DNA of 64,000 nucleotides from an uncultured Candidatus Binatia bacterium (GCA_965215605.1 OZ244070.1:3488001-3552000), one strand, 5' to 3'; positions 41,401 to 50,552 are shown, counted from the stretch's first letter. Translations and numbers: made by a program. The notes: generated by a model from the sequence alone, not told the origin.

Positions 41401-41561
41401 CGCAAGTCCTGGTGCCGCTGGTCACCAGCCTCGCCTTCGGCCTCGCCGCCTCCACGTTCCAGGTGCTGTTTCTCGTGCCCGCTCTTTACTGCATCGTGGA
41501 CGACTACGGCGGTACGGTAGCGGTGGAGACCGCCGCGGAGCCGGCAGCGCGGGTAACGTAG
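38439..41561 (+). CDS. RND (AcrB/AcrD/AcrF family) permease
   Basis: GLMMDDAIVIAEN, GVVVNNAIV, RFRPVLLTSLTT; about 1040 aa. Confidence 0.93.
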   Translation: MIGFFAGHPTAANILMIGFILLGLVFAGTVKRETFPDIPSDSVQVQVPWPGASSADVEQGVCLKLETAADSVDQREETRCEAREGLAVATLVMRQGGDLDRFLEDVKNEVDGVTDFPADAEAPVVRELGRVDVVASIAVAGPLAPAGLKAYAERMKDDLLAIPGVANVEIQGFSQRQIRIEVSASTMRQFGLSVRDLADSVERQSVTLPAGSVQARDSTVLIRFDDERRTPRTFEDLVVVASASGAVIRLGDIAVITDRFEHAGEKNLFNGRRSAWLTVEKGRSDDTLKVIDAVRAYLDEQRALASPGMVLEITSDVASIVRDRLNMLLRNGAQGLVLVFLVIWLFFGLRYSFWLAAGLPVAFMGTIAGMAAIGYSFDMITMVALLIALGLMMDDAIVIAENIARHRAAGRSVVDAAVEGTREVAPGVLASFLTTIGVFGALAFLQGNIGAVMAVLPVVLILTLAFSLVEAFLILPHHLLGTLRARRGASPPRLRALFDAGLARFTEGFVGRLVDAAISWRYLTVGLIAGLFLVSVAAMAGGVVKFRTFPNVEGNVIEADLLLYPGTPLARTEAVVERVVAAVRAVDEAYAAERPGGANMVRNIGVRFSRNRHANETGEHLATVTVDLVGPDSRYASLDEIMNRWRARVGVPPDVIALTFGEPELGPAGRPIDIRLVGKDMESLKAAALELREWLRGYRGVFDLTDDLRLGKPELRVRLREGALALGMTASEVARQLRAAFQGRHAGEFQIGSEDYEVDVRLYERDRDSLADLARFTVTLPTGEQVPLHAVATLTSERGYSRIHRVNGGRAVTVRGDLDPDKANSAEIIADTQSRFWPGLEARYPGIRMELEGEARESAETGASLGRNFLVGLAAIFLLLSFQFRGYIEPLVIMASIPVGLVGVVIGHLAMGLELSMPSLVGFVSLAGVVVNNAIVLVVFIKIRRARGEAAEAAARGASRERFRPVLLTSLTTVAGVLPLLMETSLQAQVLVPLVTSLAFGLAASTFQVLFLVPALYCIVDDYGGTVAVETAAEPAARVT

Positions 41562-41641
41562 GAGCCTGCGGCGTTCACGCACAAACCAAATCCGCGGACT
41601 CCCGGTGTTGAAGTGCCGGCGCGAAGCGCTATCCTGGGTGT

Positions 41642-42010
41642 ATGACGTATCGAGACCGCATGATCGGAACCTGGCGCCTGCGCGAGTTTCGTTTCACCGA
41701 CGCCGGCGGCAACCCGGGCTCGTTGGACGGCGCCCCCACCGTGGGTCGGATGGAATACACCGCCGACGGCCACATGGCCACGGCCACGCGCCGTCCCGAC
41801 GGGCACTATTTCAGCTACTTCGGCGAGTTCGAACTCCAGGGAGACGTGGTGCTCCACCACATCGAATTCGCCGCGGATTCCCGGCTCGACGGCACCACCA
41901 CCCGGCGGGAGGTCTCCTTCGAAGGGGACCGGCTGGTGCTGACGGCGGCGCCGCCGGTCATGGGCGGGCCGGGCAGCCGGGCGTCGCTCGTATGGGAAAG
42001 GATGACCTGA
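41642..42010 (+). CDS. Lipocalin-like domain protein
   Basis: IGTWRL, YTADGHM, SYFG, C-terminal LVWER. Confidence 0.8.
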   Translation: MTYRDRMIGTWRLREFRFTDAGGNPGSLDGAPTVGRMEYTADGHMATATRRPDGHYFSYFGEFELQGDVVLHHIEFAADSRLDGTTTRREVSFEGDRLVLTAAPPVMGGPGSRASLVWERMT

Positions 42011-42011
42011 C

Positions 42012-43115
42012 ATGGCGAACCAGACCGCGATTCCCTGCACCATGATGCGCGGCGGCACCTCGCGGGGGCCGTATTTCCTGGCCGGCGAGTTGCCGGCGGA
42101 CGACGCCACGCGCGACCAGGTCCTGCTGGCGGCCATGGGGTCCCCCGACCAGCGTCAGATCGACGGCGTGGGCGGCGCCACCACCCTTACCAGCAAGGTC
42201 GCCATCGTCTCGCCGTCGGACCATCCCTGGGCGGACGTGGACTACCTGTTCGCCCAGGTCTCGGTGGACCGGGCTTTCGTTGACTACAGCCCCACATGCG
42301 GCAATATGCTGGCCGGCGTCGGCCCCTTCGCCATCGACCGCGGACTGGTGTCCCCGATCGACCCCAGGACGGTGGTGAATATCCGCAACGTCAACACCGA
42401 CTCCTTGATCGAGGCGGTGTTGGAGACCCCCGACGGCCATGTCGAATATGACGGCGATACTGCCATCGACGGGGTCCCCGGCACCGCGGCGCCGATCCTG
42501 CTCAACTTCATGGAGGTCATCGGCTCCAAGACCAGGGCATTGTTTCCCACCGGGCAACGGCAGGAGGTCATCGAGGGCGTCGAGGTGAGTTGCGTGGATG
42601 TCGCCATGCCCATGGTGTTGGCAACCGCCGAGAGCATGGGCGTCCGGGGTGACGAGAGCAAGGCCGAGCTGGACGCCAACCGCGCGCTGCTCGAGAAGCT
42701 GGAGGCGGTCCGAGTGGTGGCCGGCGAGAAGATGGGGCTGGGTGACGTCCGAGGCAAGGTCATCCCCAAGTTCGGCATCCTCTCCCGCCCGCGCCGGGGC
42801 GGGGCGCTGACCTCCCGCTACTTCGTGCCCACGGACTGTCATGCGGCCCACGCGGTCTCCGGCGCCGTCTGCGTTGGAAGTTGCGCCTTGGTCCCAGGCA
42901 CCGTCGCGGACGGCATCGCGGAAACCGGCGGCGGGTTCTCCGAGACGGTGGAGATCGAGCACCCCAGCGGCTCCATCACGGTGGCGTTCGAGTTGAGTGG
43001 AGTGGGCGACGACTTCGCGCTCGAGAAGGCGGGGGTGGTGCGCACCGCCCGAAAGCTGTTCCAGGGCCAGATCTACGTTCCTGGCAGGGTCTGGAGTACG
43101 CGGCCATGCATGTGA
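42012..43115 (+). CDS. PrpF family isomerase (4-oxalomesaconate tautomerase-like)
   Basis: MRGGTSRG, GSPDQRQIDGVGG...TSKVA, CGNML, EHPSG, RTARKLF. Confidence 0.9.
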   Translation: MANQTAIPCTMMRGGTSRGPYFLAGELPADDATRDQVLLAAMGSPDQRQIDGVGGATTLTSKVAIVSPSDHPWADVDYLFAQVSVDRAFVDYSPTCGNMLAGVGPFAIDRGLVSPIDPRTVVNIRNVNTDSLIEAVLETPDGHVEYDGDTAIDGVPGTAAPILLNFMEVIGSKTRALFPTGQRQEVIEGVEVSCVDVAMPMVLATAESMGVRGDESKAELDANRALLEKLEAVRVVAGEKMGLGDVRGKVIPKFGILSRPRRGGALTSRYFVPTDCHAAHAVSGAVCVGSCALVPGTVADGIAETGGGFSETVEIEHPSGSITVAFELSGVGDDFALEKAGVVRTARKLFQGQIYVPGRVWSTRPCM

Positions 43116-44280
43116 CGTTTGGCTGGAATGTTCGCGTTGCGGGGTACGTCATGAACGTGCGAAGCTCCACAACCTTTGCCGGGAATGCGGCCGGCCGCTG
43201 CTGGTCCGTTACGATCTGGCCCGGGCCGGCGAGACGTTGACCCGTGACAGTCTCCGGGGACGGGCGGCGAGCCTGTGGCGGTATCGGGAAGTGCTGCCCG
43301 TGGTCGACGACGCAGCCATCACGACCCTGGGGGAGGGATGGACGCCGCTGGTCCACGCCGGGCGGCTGGGCCGGCGGTTCGGCATGCCGCGCCTCCACCT
43401 CAAGGACGAGGGCCTCAATCCCACCGGTTCGTTCAAGGCCCGCGGCATGACCGCGGCCGTGTCCATGGCGAAGCAACTGGGGGCGGAGCGCCTGGCGGTG
43501 CCCTCGGCCGGAAACGCCTCCGGAGCGCTGGCCGCGTACGCGGCCAAGGCGGGTCTGGAGGCTCATATCTACATGCCCCGGGACGCGTCGCGGGTCAGCG
43601 TCGTGGAGTGCATGCAGTACGGCGCCCACGTCGTGCTGGTGGACGGCTTCATCAACGATTGCGGCCGTATCATCGGGGAGAAGAAGGAAAGCGAAGGGTG
43701 GTTCGACGTCTCGACCCTGAAGGAGCCCTATAGGGTCGAGGGCAAGAAGACCATGGCCTACGAGCTTGCCGAACAGATGGACTGGACCCTGCCGGACGCG
43801 GTGCTGTACCCGACCGGTGGCGGCACGGGTCTGATCGGCATGTGGAAGGCTTTCGACGAGATGGAAGAGTTGGGATGGATCGATTCCAGGCGCCCGCGCA
43901 TGATCTCGGTCCAGGCCGAAGGCTGCGCCCCCATCGTCAACGCGTTCACGGCCGGGGCGGACACGGCTGAGGCGGTCACCCAACCGGCCACCCTCGCCGC
44001 AGGACTGCGCGTGCCCGTGGCCATCGGCGATTTCATGATCCTGGATATTCTGCGAAGGAGCGGCGGCACCGCCGTGAGCGTGCCCGACGCCGAGATCCTG
44101 GAAAGCGTCCGGGAGCTTGGTTCCGCCGAAGGGATCTTCGCGGCGCCGGAGGCCGCCGCGTGCGTGGCGGCTTTGCCCAGGCTCCTGGAACGCGGCGATG
44201 TGGACAGGGAGGAGCGGGTGGTGCTGTTGATCACCGGATCCGGGCTCAAGTACCCGCACCTGTGGAGCGACCTTCCTTGA
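43106..44280 (+). CDS. thrC: Threonine synthase (PLP, fold II) with an apparent frameshift after codon 4-5
   Basis: LECSRC..LCREC Zn-ribbon, TLGEGWTP, NPTGSFKARG, SAGNA, EGKKT, YPTGGG. The RBS-linked ATG at 43106 (MHVT) is out of frame with the body. Confidence 0.8.
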
Positions 44281-45005
44281 AGACCTTCGTGGGAACCAGC
44301 GGCTACGCCTACAAGCCGTGGAAGGGCAAGTTCTATCCCGCCGGCATGCCGGACAAGGAGATGCTGCCGTTCTATGCCGGCCGGTTCGACACGGTGGAGA
44401 TCAACCACACCTTCTACCGCATGCCCGCGGACCCGGTGCTGGCGCGCTGGCGCGAGCAGGTGCCGGAGGGCTTTTCCTTTTCCGTCAAGGCGTCCCGGGC
44501 CATCACGCACCACGCCCGGCTCAAGCAGGCGGACGATGCCGTGGCCTTCCTGTTCCAGCGGCTGGAGTCCCTGGGAGACAAGCTCGGCCCCGTGCTGTTC
44601 CAGTTGCCGCCCAACCTGCGGCTGGACCTGCCGCGGCTTCGGGACTTCCTCGGCACGCTGCCGGGGGAACAGCGGGTGGCGGTGGAATTTCGTCATCCAT
44701 CGTGGTTTGACGAGGATGTGTTCGACACCCTCCGGGAGCACGACGCGGCGCTCTGCATCGCCGACGGCGAGCTGGATGGCGAGACGCCGTTGGTGTCCAC
44801 CGCCAGTTGGGGCTATCTGCGGCTGCGGGCGGTGGACTATACCGACGACGCCATCGGAGCCTGGGCGGAACGGGTGAGCGGGCAGACGTGGACCCATGGC
44901 TACGTGTTCTTCAAGCATGAAGACGAGGCCACCGGTCCGAGGCTGGCGGCCCGGTTCATGGAGCTCGTGAAAGAGGCGGGAGCCGACGGTGAGCCGGAGG
45001 CATGA
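44277..45005 (+). CDS. DUF72 (YecE-like) protein
   Basis: VGTSGY, TVEINHTFYR, FSVKA, LFQLPP, AVEFRHPSW; TTGA overlap. Confidence 0.9.
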   Translation: MKTFVGTSGYAYKPWKGKFYPAGMPDKEMLPFYAGRFDTVEINHTFYRMPADPVLARWREQVPEGFSFSVKASRAITHHARLKQADDAVAFLFQRLESLGDKLGPVLFQLPPNLRLDLPRLRDFLGTLPGEQRVAVEFRHPSWFDEDVFDTLREHDAALCIADGELDGETPLVSTASWGYLRLRAVDYTDDAIGAWAERVSGQTWTHGYVFFKHEDEATGPRLAARFMELVKEAGADGEPEA

Positions 45006-45026
45006 ATCGAAGGGGAGGAGAGTCCA

Positions 45027-45842
45027 TTGTCAACCATCGAGAAATGGCCCGACGGGGCCCGGGTCGCGGTCCTCGTGACCCCCATGTTCGAGACCTGGTC
45101 CGTGGGAAACGCGCCGTCGTATTCGCCCATGTCGTCGCCGCTGAAGCCCGGTGTGGTGGACCGGCTGGGGGTGTCGTGGTCGGAATACGGCGGCCGCACG
45201 GGGGTCTGGCGGTTCATGAAGATCTTCCGTGAATTCGAGGTCCCGGCCACCGTGTGCACCAGCGGCCGCTCGGTGGAACTGTTCCCGGACGCGGTAAAGG
45301 CCCTGCACGAAAACGGCCACGAACTCGCCGGCCACTCCTACAGCCAGGATACTTTCCTCACCGACCTCTCTGCGGACGAGGAGAAGGAAGTGATCGGTCG
45401 CTGCTTCGACCTCATCCAGGGCGTGACGGGAGTGCGGCCCGTCGGCTGGCTCAGCCCCAGGGCCACGCCCACCGAGCATACCGCGGGGTTTCTGGCGGAG
45501 GCCGGCTGCGTCTGGCACGGCGACTACAACGACACGGACGTACCCTACAGGATGACGACGGGGTCCGGGGATGTCGTGGCCATCCCCCACAGCGACTTCG
45601 CGGACAACCGGGTGCTTCGGGGCAGCCCGCGCGACTTCCTCAACGTGTACAAGGACACCTTCGACTTCCTCTACCGGTCGGACGCGCCGGAAATGATCAA
45701 TCTGACCGTACACGCCCACTTCGGCGGCCGGCCGATGATGTCGGCCATGCTGACCGAGATCCTCCGGTACATGAAAGGGTTCTCGAAAGTCTGGTTCGCG
45801 CGCCACGACGAAGTGGCGCGGTGGGTGCTGGAGCAGGGGTAG
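45027..45842 (+). CDS. Polysaccharide deacetylase / PuuE-like CE4 hydrolase
   Basis: EYGGRTGVWR, HELAGHSY, RPVGWLSP, HAHFGGRP, VWFA; GGAGGAG RBS before TTG. Confidence 0.85.
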   Translation: MSTIEKWPDGARVAVLVTPMFETWSVGNAPSYSPMSSPLKPGVVDRLGVSWSEYGGRTGVWRFMKIFREFEVPATVCTSGRSVELFPDAVKALHENGHELAGHSYSQDTFLTDLSADEEKEVIGRCFDLIQGVTGVRPVGWLSPRATPTEHTAGFLAEAGCVWHGDYNDTDVPYRMTTGSGDVVAIPHSDFADNRVLRGSPRDFLNVYKDTFDFLYRSDAPEMINLTVHAHFGGRPMMSAMLTEILRYMKGFSKVWFARHDEVARWVLEQG

Positions 45843-45848
45843 GGGGCG

Positions 45849-46418
45849 TTACCCCAGCGGCACGTCGACGCCGTTGAGGGTGAGCTCCGGGACCACCTCC
45901 ACCGGGTTCCGCAAGGTGTTGGTGGTGTAGCAGGACCGTTCCAGGGCTTCGGTGAACTCGACGATGCGTTCCCGGCTGTCGGGGCTTTGCAGATCCAGCC
46001 GGTAGACCAGACGGGTGCAGGCCGACGGCACGTCCGACAACCCGAACTTGCCCTTCTGGTCGAATTCCCCCCGTACCGTCATCTCCGCGCGCTCGATCCG
46101 GATGTCCATGAATGACGCTAACTGCGTCACCTGGCTGAGCATTCAGAAGCCGATGGAGGCGACGAAGTACTGGAGCGGTGCGGCCCCCTTGCCGCTGCCT
46201 CCCCGTGACGGCGGTTCGTCGCAGAAGATGGTATAGCCTTCGGATGTCCTGGCCTCCTTCAGGTGGTCGTTGACCAGTTTGATCTGCGCTTCGTGCACCG
46301 TCACCGCCTTGGAGGGGTCCTCCCGGTAGGCCTTTTGGCGGCGCTCGAAGAGGGCCTTGTGGTGGCTGTAGTCGATGGAGCAGCAGCCCGGGTCGTCGGT
46401 TTCGTTCGTGATGACCAT
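45849..46418 (-). CDS. OsmC/Ohr-family protein, predicted selenoprotein (TGA at 46143-46145 = Sec92)
   Basis: ORF-track pieces 46143..46571 and 45849..46142 are contiguous and in frame: DEPPSRGGSGKGAAPLQYFVASIGF-TGA-MLSQ...ERSCYTTNTL. The TGA is at the first conserved Cys of OsmC; GGAGGG RBS before ATG 46418. Confidence 0.85.
46112..46130 (-). promoter_or_regulatory. Candidate bacterial SECIS element (OsmC-like gene)
   Basis: GUGACGC-AGUUA-GCGUCAU hairpin; 19 nt between the UGA and the loop; G at loop position 2. Confidence 0.7.
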
Positions 46419-46635
46419 ATTCCCTCCGTTTGGATACATCAAAGCCGTACTCATTCGGCCACGAGCCTTTCTACCACAGAGGGCGAAAGATGCCGAAAGA
46501 ACACACCCGTGCAGCGGTGGTGACCTGGGCGGGAAGACGGCGGCGGCGCTTAAAATCGGACCGGCTTTCAACTAACTTGTGGCTTTGGCGCGAGAGATGG
46601 TTCGAACCGCGCCCGCACATGCAAACAGGTGATCC

Positions 46636-47985
46636 ATGTCGCAGGACCTGAGAAGTTATCTGGACCTCGTGGAATCGAAGGACGAGCTGGTGAGGATATC
46701 GGCTCCCGTGGATCCGCTCCACGAGGTGACCGCCCTGGTGGCCAAGCTGGCCCGGGAACGGCGCCGCCGGCCGGTACTCCTGTTGGAGAACGTCAAGGGC
46801 AGCGCGCTGCCGGTGGTGACCAACCTCCATGCCAGCCGGCGGCGCATGGCGCTGGCCATGAACGCCGAGCCTCGGGATCTCCAGCGGGCGTTCCTGAAGG
46901 CGATGGAGCGTCCGGTGGCGCCGGTGGTGGTGGACACCGGGCCGGTCAAGGAGGTGGTGCGAACCGGCGCGGACGTCGATCTGCTGGCGCTGCCGCAGAT
47001 CGTCCACCACGGCGCGGACGCCGGCCCCTATATCACCGCGGCCATCTCGTTCGCCAGGGATCCGGAGGACGGTACCTGGAACTGTGCGTACAATCGCCTG
47101 ATGATCATGGGGAAGGACCGGACCTCCATCCACATCACCGCGTCGAAGCACCTGTGGGAGTTCTACCGGAAGGCGGAAGCCCGGGGCGAGGCGCTGCCGG
47201 TGGCGTTCGCCGTGGGGGTTCATCCCGCCATCGGCCTGGGGGCCCTGGCCATTGGCTCCATCGACGAGGACGAGCGCGCCATCATGGGCGCGGTCCTGGG
47301 AGAGCCGCTGGAGCTGGTGCGGTGCGAGACCTCGGACCTGCTGGTGCCGGCCCATGCCGAGATCATCCTGGAGGGCGAAATTCTTCCCGGCGAAAGGACG
47401 CCGGAGGGTCCCTTCAGCGAGTTCACCGGCTACAGCCTGGGCCAGCGCCAGCGCGAGGTGGTGCGCTACAATGCCGTGACCATGCGGGAAGGCGCCCTCT
47501 TCCACGACATCGCCGTGGCCCAGGTGGACCACCTGTTGCTGTCCACCATCCCCATGGAGGCGAACCTCTACCGGGCGGTGCGCGCCATCGTCCCCTCGGT
47601 GACGGCGGCGCGCGTGCCCGCGCCCTACAGCTGCTACGTCGCCATTAATCAGCGGGTTCCGGGGCAGGCCAAGAACGCCATTCTGGCGGTGCTGGGCGCC
47701 GACATGTACATCAAGCGCGTGGTGGTGGTGGACCACGACGTCAACATCTTCGATGACCGGGAGGTGGCCTGGGCGTTGGGCACCCGGTGTCAGGCGGACC
47801 GCGACATCACGGTGATTTCCAACACCCGGGGCTCGGACCTCGACCCCTCCACGGATTCCGACGGCTACACCGCCAAGTGGGGCGTCGACGCCACCGCCAA
47901 GCCTTCCCTGGATAAGTACACGCCGCGCAACCGCATCCCTCGGGACGTCATGGACCGCATCGACCTGGATGCGCTGGGGCTGTAG
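46636..47985 (+). CDS. UbiD family (prFMN-dependent) (de)carboxylase
   Basis: DAGPYIT, YNR, VPAHAEIILEG, EGPFSEFTGY, VVVVDHDV, LDPS, GVDAT. Confidence 0.92.
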   Translation: MSQDLRSYLDLVESKDELVRISAPVDPLHEVTALVAKLARERRRRPVLLLENVKGSALPVVTNLHASRRRMALAMNAEPRDLQRAFLKAMERPVAPVVVDTGPVKEVVRTGADVDLLALPQIVHHGADAGPYITAAISFARDPEDGTWNCAYNRLMIMGKDRTSIHITASKHLWEFYRKAEARGEALPVAFAVGVHPAIGLGALAIGSIDEDERAIMGAVLGEPLELVRCETSDLLVPAHAEIILEGEILPGERTPEGPFSEFTGYSLGQRQREVVRYNAVTMREGALFHDIAVAQVDHLLLSTIPMEANLYRAVRAIVPSVTAARVPAPYSCYVAINQRVPGQAKNAILAVLGADMYIKRVVVVDHDVNIFDDREVAWALGTRCQADRDITVISNTRGSDLDPSTDSDGYTAKWGVDATAKPSLDKYTPRNRIPRDVMDRIDLDALGL

Positions 47986-49416
47986 TTGACCTCCCCGGCG
48001 CCGAATTTCGTCTGCCTCCTCGAAGAGACCGCAGCGCGTTTTCCGGAAAAACCCGCGTTGCTCTGTCCCGACGCGACCGTGACCTACGGCGGGCTGCAAC
48101 AACGCGCGGCCGGATTTGCGCGGGAGTTGGCGGAGGGCAACGTCGGGCCGGGAGACCGGGTCGCGATGGTGTTGCCCAACCACTGGACTTTCGTGGTGGC
48201 GATGCTGGGTATCTGGAAGCTCGGCGCCACCGCCGTGCCGCTGAGCCCGCTGCTGAAGGCGGAGGAGCGAAAGGCCATCCTCGCGGACGTGGACCCGGCC
48301 GTGGTGGTCGAACGCGTGGAGCCGCGGGAGGGCGTCTGGGACACGGCGACGGAGGCCGGCGCGCCGGCCCACTTCGGCTACAGTTCCGGCAGCACCGGCC
48401 GGCCCAAGGGCGCGGTGTTCAGCCACTCGGCGCTGACCTTCGCAAACCGCTCCTGGGCGGACATGATGGCGGTGACGTCCGCGGACGTGGTGCTGTCGGT
48501 GCTGCCGCTGCCCCATTCCTTCGGGCTCAACGGCTCGCTCCTGGCTCCGCTGATCAGGGGCGCTCAGGTGGTGCTCCCCGGAGGGTTCGTACCCGACCAG
48601 GTCCTTGCCGCCATGGAGGAGCGCCGCGTGACCCTCTTCCTGGGTGTGGCCACCATGTTCCGGCGGCTGTTGAGCGCGCCGGAGTTTGCCGGCGCGGACC
48701 TGTCTTCGCTGCGCCTGTCGGTGTCCGGCGCCGCGCCATGTCCGTGGGACTTGGCGTTGGAATGGCGCCGTCGCACCGGCCATCGCATCCTCCGGGGTTA
48801 CGGCATGACCGAGTTGTTTCGGCCCATCTCGTATCTGGCCTCGGAGGCGGAGGACCGGCCGGAATGCATCGGGCGCGCGGTTCCGGGCGTCGACCTCCGG
48901 GTGGGGGCGGACGAGGGCATAGGGTCCGGAGAGGGGGACGTGGGGGAGCTCTGGATCAGGACGCCGGCTGCGCTGCAAGGCTATTGGAACGATCCCGCCC
49001 CGGTGCTGGAGGACGGTTGGTTCCGGACCGGCGATCTCGCCCGGGTCTCCGCCGACGGGTTCGTGGAGATCACCGGGCGCCTCAGGGAACGCATCCTGCG
49101 GGGTGGCTATTCGGTCTTCCCCCAGGAAGTCGAGGCGGTGCTGGCCGAGCACCCGGAAGTTGCCGAGGCCGCGGTGGTGGGGGTGCCCCACCCGGAGCTG
49201 GGCGAGGAGGTGGCGGCTTTCGTGGTGGCGAAGGTGGGTACGGTCCCGGAAACCGGCAGCCTCGCCGCCTACTGCAAGGAGCGGCTCGCCCGCTTCAAGT
49301 ACCCCCGACACATTCGTGTCGTGCCCGAGTTGCCAAAGGGGCCGACCGGGAAGGTGCTGAAGCCGGAGCTACTGGAGGGGTGGCGCACGGAGAGAGGGAA
49401 GGGGGAGGAGCGGTAG
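47986..49416 (+). CDS. AMP-forming acyl-CoA synthetase/ligase
   Basis: YSSGSTGRPKG, GYGMTE, WFRTGD, PQEVE, LPKGPTGK; TTG start directly after the ubiD-family stop. Confidence 0.9.
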   Translation: MTSPAPNFVCLLEETAARFPEKPALLCPDATVTYGGLQQRAAGFARELAEGNVGPGDRVAMVLPNHWTFVVAMLGIWKLGATAVPLSPLLKAEERKAILADVDPAVVVERVEPREGVWDTATEAGAPAHFGYSSGSTGRPKGAVFSHSALTFANRSWADMMAVTSADVVLSVLPLPHSFGLNGSLLAPLIRGAQVVLPGGFVPDQVLAAMEERRVTLFLGVATMFRRLLSAPEFAGADLSSLRLSVSGAAPCPWDLALEWRRRTGHRILRGYGMTELFRPISYLASEAEDRPECIGRAVPGVDLRVGADEGIGSGEGDVGELWIRTPAALQGYWNDPAPVLEDGWFRTGDLARVSADGFVEITGRLRERILRGGYSVFPQEVEAVLAEHPEVAEAAVVGVPHPELGEEVAAFVVAKVGTVPETGSLAAYCKERLARFKYPRHIRVVPELPKGPTGKVLKPELLEGWRTERGKGEER

Positions 49417-49439
49417 GTTCCCCCGCCTTCCCTTCCGTG
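49386..49439. terminator. Hairpin between convergent ligase and TctC genes (possible bidirectional terminator)
   Basis: CACGGA..GGGAAGG...CCTTCCC.TCCGTG imperfect stem spanning the ligase stop. Confidence 0.45.
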
Positions 49440-49443
49440 ACGA

Positions 49444-50493
49444 CTACTTTTTCGCTTTCGTGACCAGGAAGGACAGGCTCTCCCTGACCTCCGGCGGCAT
49501 GTTGAGGATGCCGTCCACGAGCCTCTCCACTTCCGGACCCGACACGGCGGTGATGACGAGCTTGGCCTTCTTGGCTTCGGCCAGCATCTGCGGGTCCTTC
49601 AGGGTCTTGGCATAGGCTTTCCGCAGGATTTCCAGGCGGTCCTTGGGCGTGCCCGGCGGCAGCGCCAGCATACGCTGGAACGCCATCTGGAACGCCCACG
49701 ACTTGTACAGATCGAGGGCTTTTTTGTTGAGCACGTCCTTGAACAGCGGGATGTTCTGAATCTCCGGGTCCGGGTAGCTGTGGCTGTCGATGACGAAGGG
49801 AATCAGTTTCTGGTCGCCCTTGGCATCCAGCATGCTACGGGCGGTGACCCGCATGGACTCCCACTGGGAGCAGAAGCCATCAACCTCGCGGCTTTCGAGC
49901 GCCAGCCGTATGGTGGCGGTCCCCTGGTACCCGGTGATGAGCTTGAACTTGGTGCCCATGCCCTTGTTGAGAATCGCCGGGATGTCGTGGCCGGTGGAAC
50001 CGGCCCGGGTGGCCCCTATCTTGATGGGCTCCTTGGAATTGATGACGTCCTTCCAGGTCGTCTTGCCGGTGAAGGCCATTATCATGCACACGATCTCGCC
50101 CCTGCTGGGGGCGCCGACCCATTCCATCTTCTCGAAAGGCACCGCGCCGGCCTTCTTGTCGCCCAGGGCTTTCTGCACAATGAGCGAGTTGTTGAACACC
50201 GCGCCGCTGAGGCCGTCCGGTCTGGCCCGCCGGCCGATGTAGTTGGCCGAGATCAGGCTGCCGGCTCCGGTCATGTTCTGCACGAGCGTGGTGGGGTTGC
50301 CGGGCACGTATTTGCCGAAGTAGCGGGCGATCAGCCGTGTGTACGTGTCATAGCCGCCACCGGGTGAGAAACCCACGATGAAGCGGAACGTCTTGCCCTT
50401 GTAGAAGTCCTCGGCGTGGGCCGCACTACCCGCGAACACGGCGGATGCCAGGATGATGGTCACGGCCATGGAACGTAAACCCTTGCGTGTCAT
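49444..50493 (-). CDS. Orphan TctC/Bug substrate-binding protein
   Basis: Signal peptide, VGFSPGGGYD, NMTGAGS, RPDG, GYQG, LALPPGTP; GGAGGG RBS. Confidence 0.88.
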   Translation of the reverse strand: MTRKGLRSMAVTIILASAVFAGSAAHAEDFYKGKTFRFIVGFSPGGGYDTYTRLIARYFGKYVPGNPTTLVQNMTGAGSLISANYIGRRARPDGLSGAVFNNSLIVQKALGDKKAGAVPFEKMEWVGAPSRGEIVCMIMAFTGKTTWKDVINSKEPIKIGATRAGSTGHDIPAILNKGMGTKFKLITGYQGTATIRLALESREVDGFCSQWESMRVTARSMLDAKGDQKLIPFVIDSHSYPDPEIQNIPLFKDVLNKKALDLYKSWAFQMAFQRMLALPPGTPKDRLEILRKAYAKTLKDPQMLAEAKKAKLVITAVSGPEVERLVDGILNMPPEVRESLSFLVTKAKK

Positions 50494-50552
50494 GGATGTC
50501 CCTCCGTTCTGTGTGTTGCCGGTGTTGCCGGCGTCGCCGACGCCGAGCCCCT

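Noticed and set aside
33565-41582. Very long minus-strand ORFs (33565..36915, 38262..41582), and similar ones at 15701..18577, 25158..28073, 46471..49311 and 3939..6158
   Set aside because: They are antisense shadows of well-supported genes in high-GC DNA and carry no family motifs.
45849-46571. Treating the OsmC-like locus as two small genes or a nonsense pseudogene
   Set aside because: The single TGA sits at the catalytic Cys position with a SECIS-like hairpin behind it, and a second gene nearby shows the same pattern.
46590-46615. GGTTCGAACC as a tRNA T-loop (for example tRNA-Sec)
   Set aside because: No acceptor or anticodon stems could be built around it.
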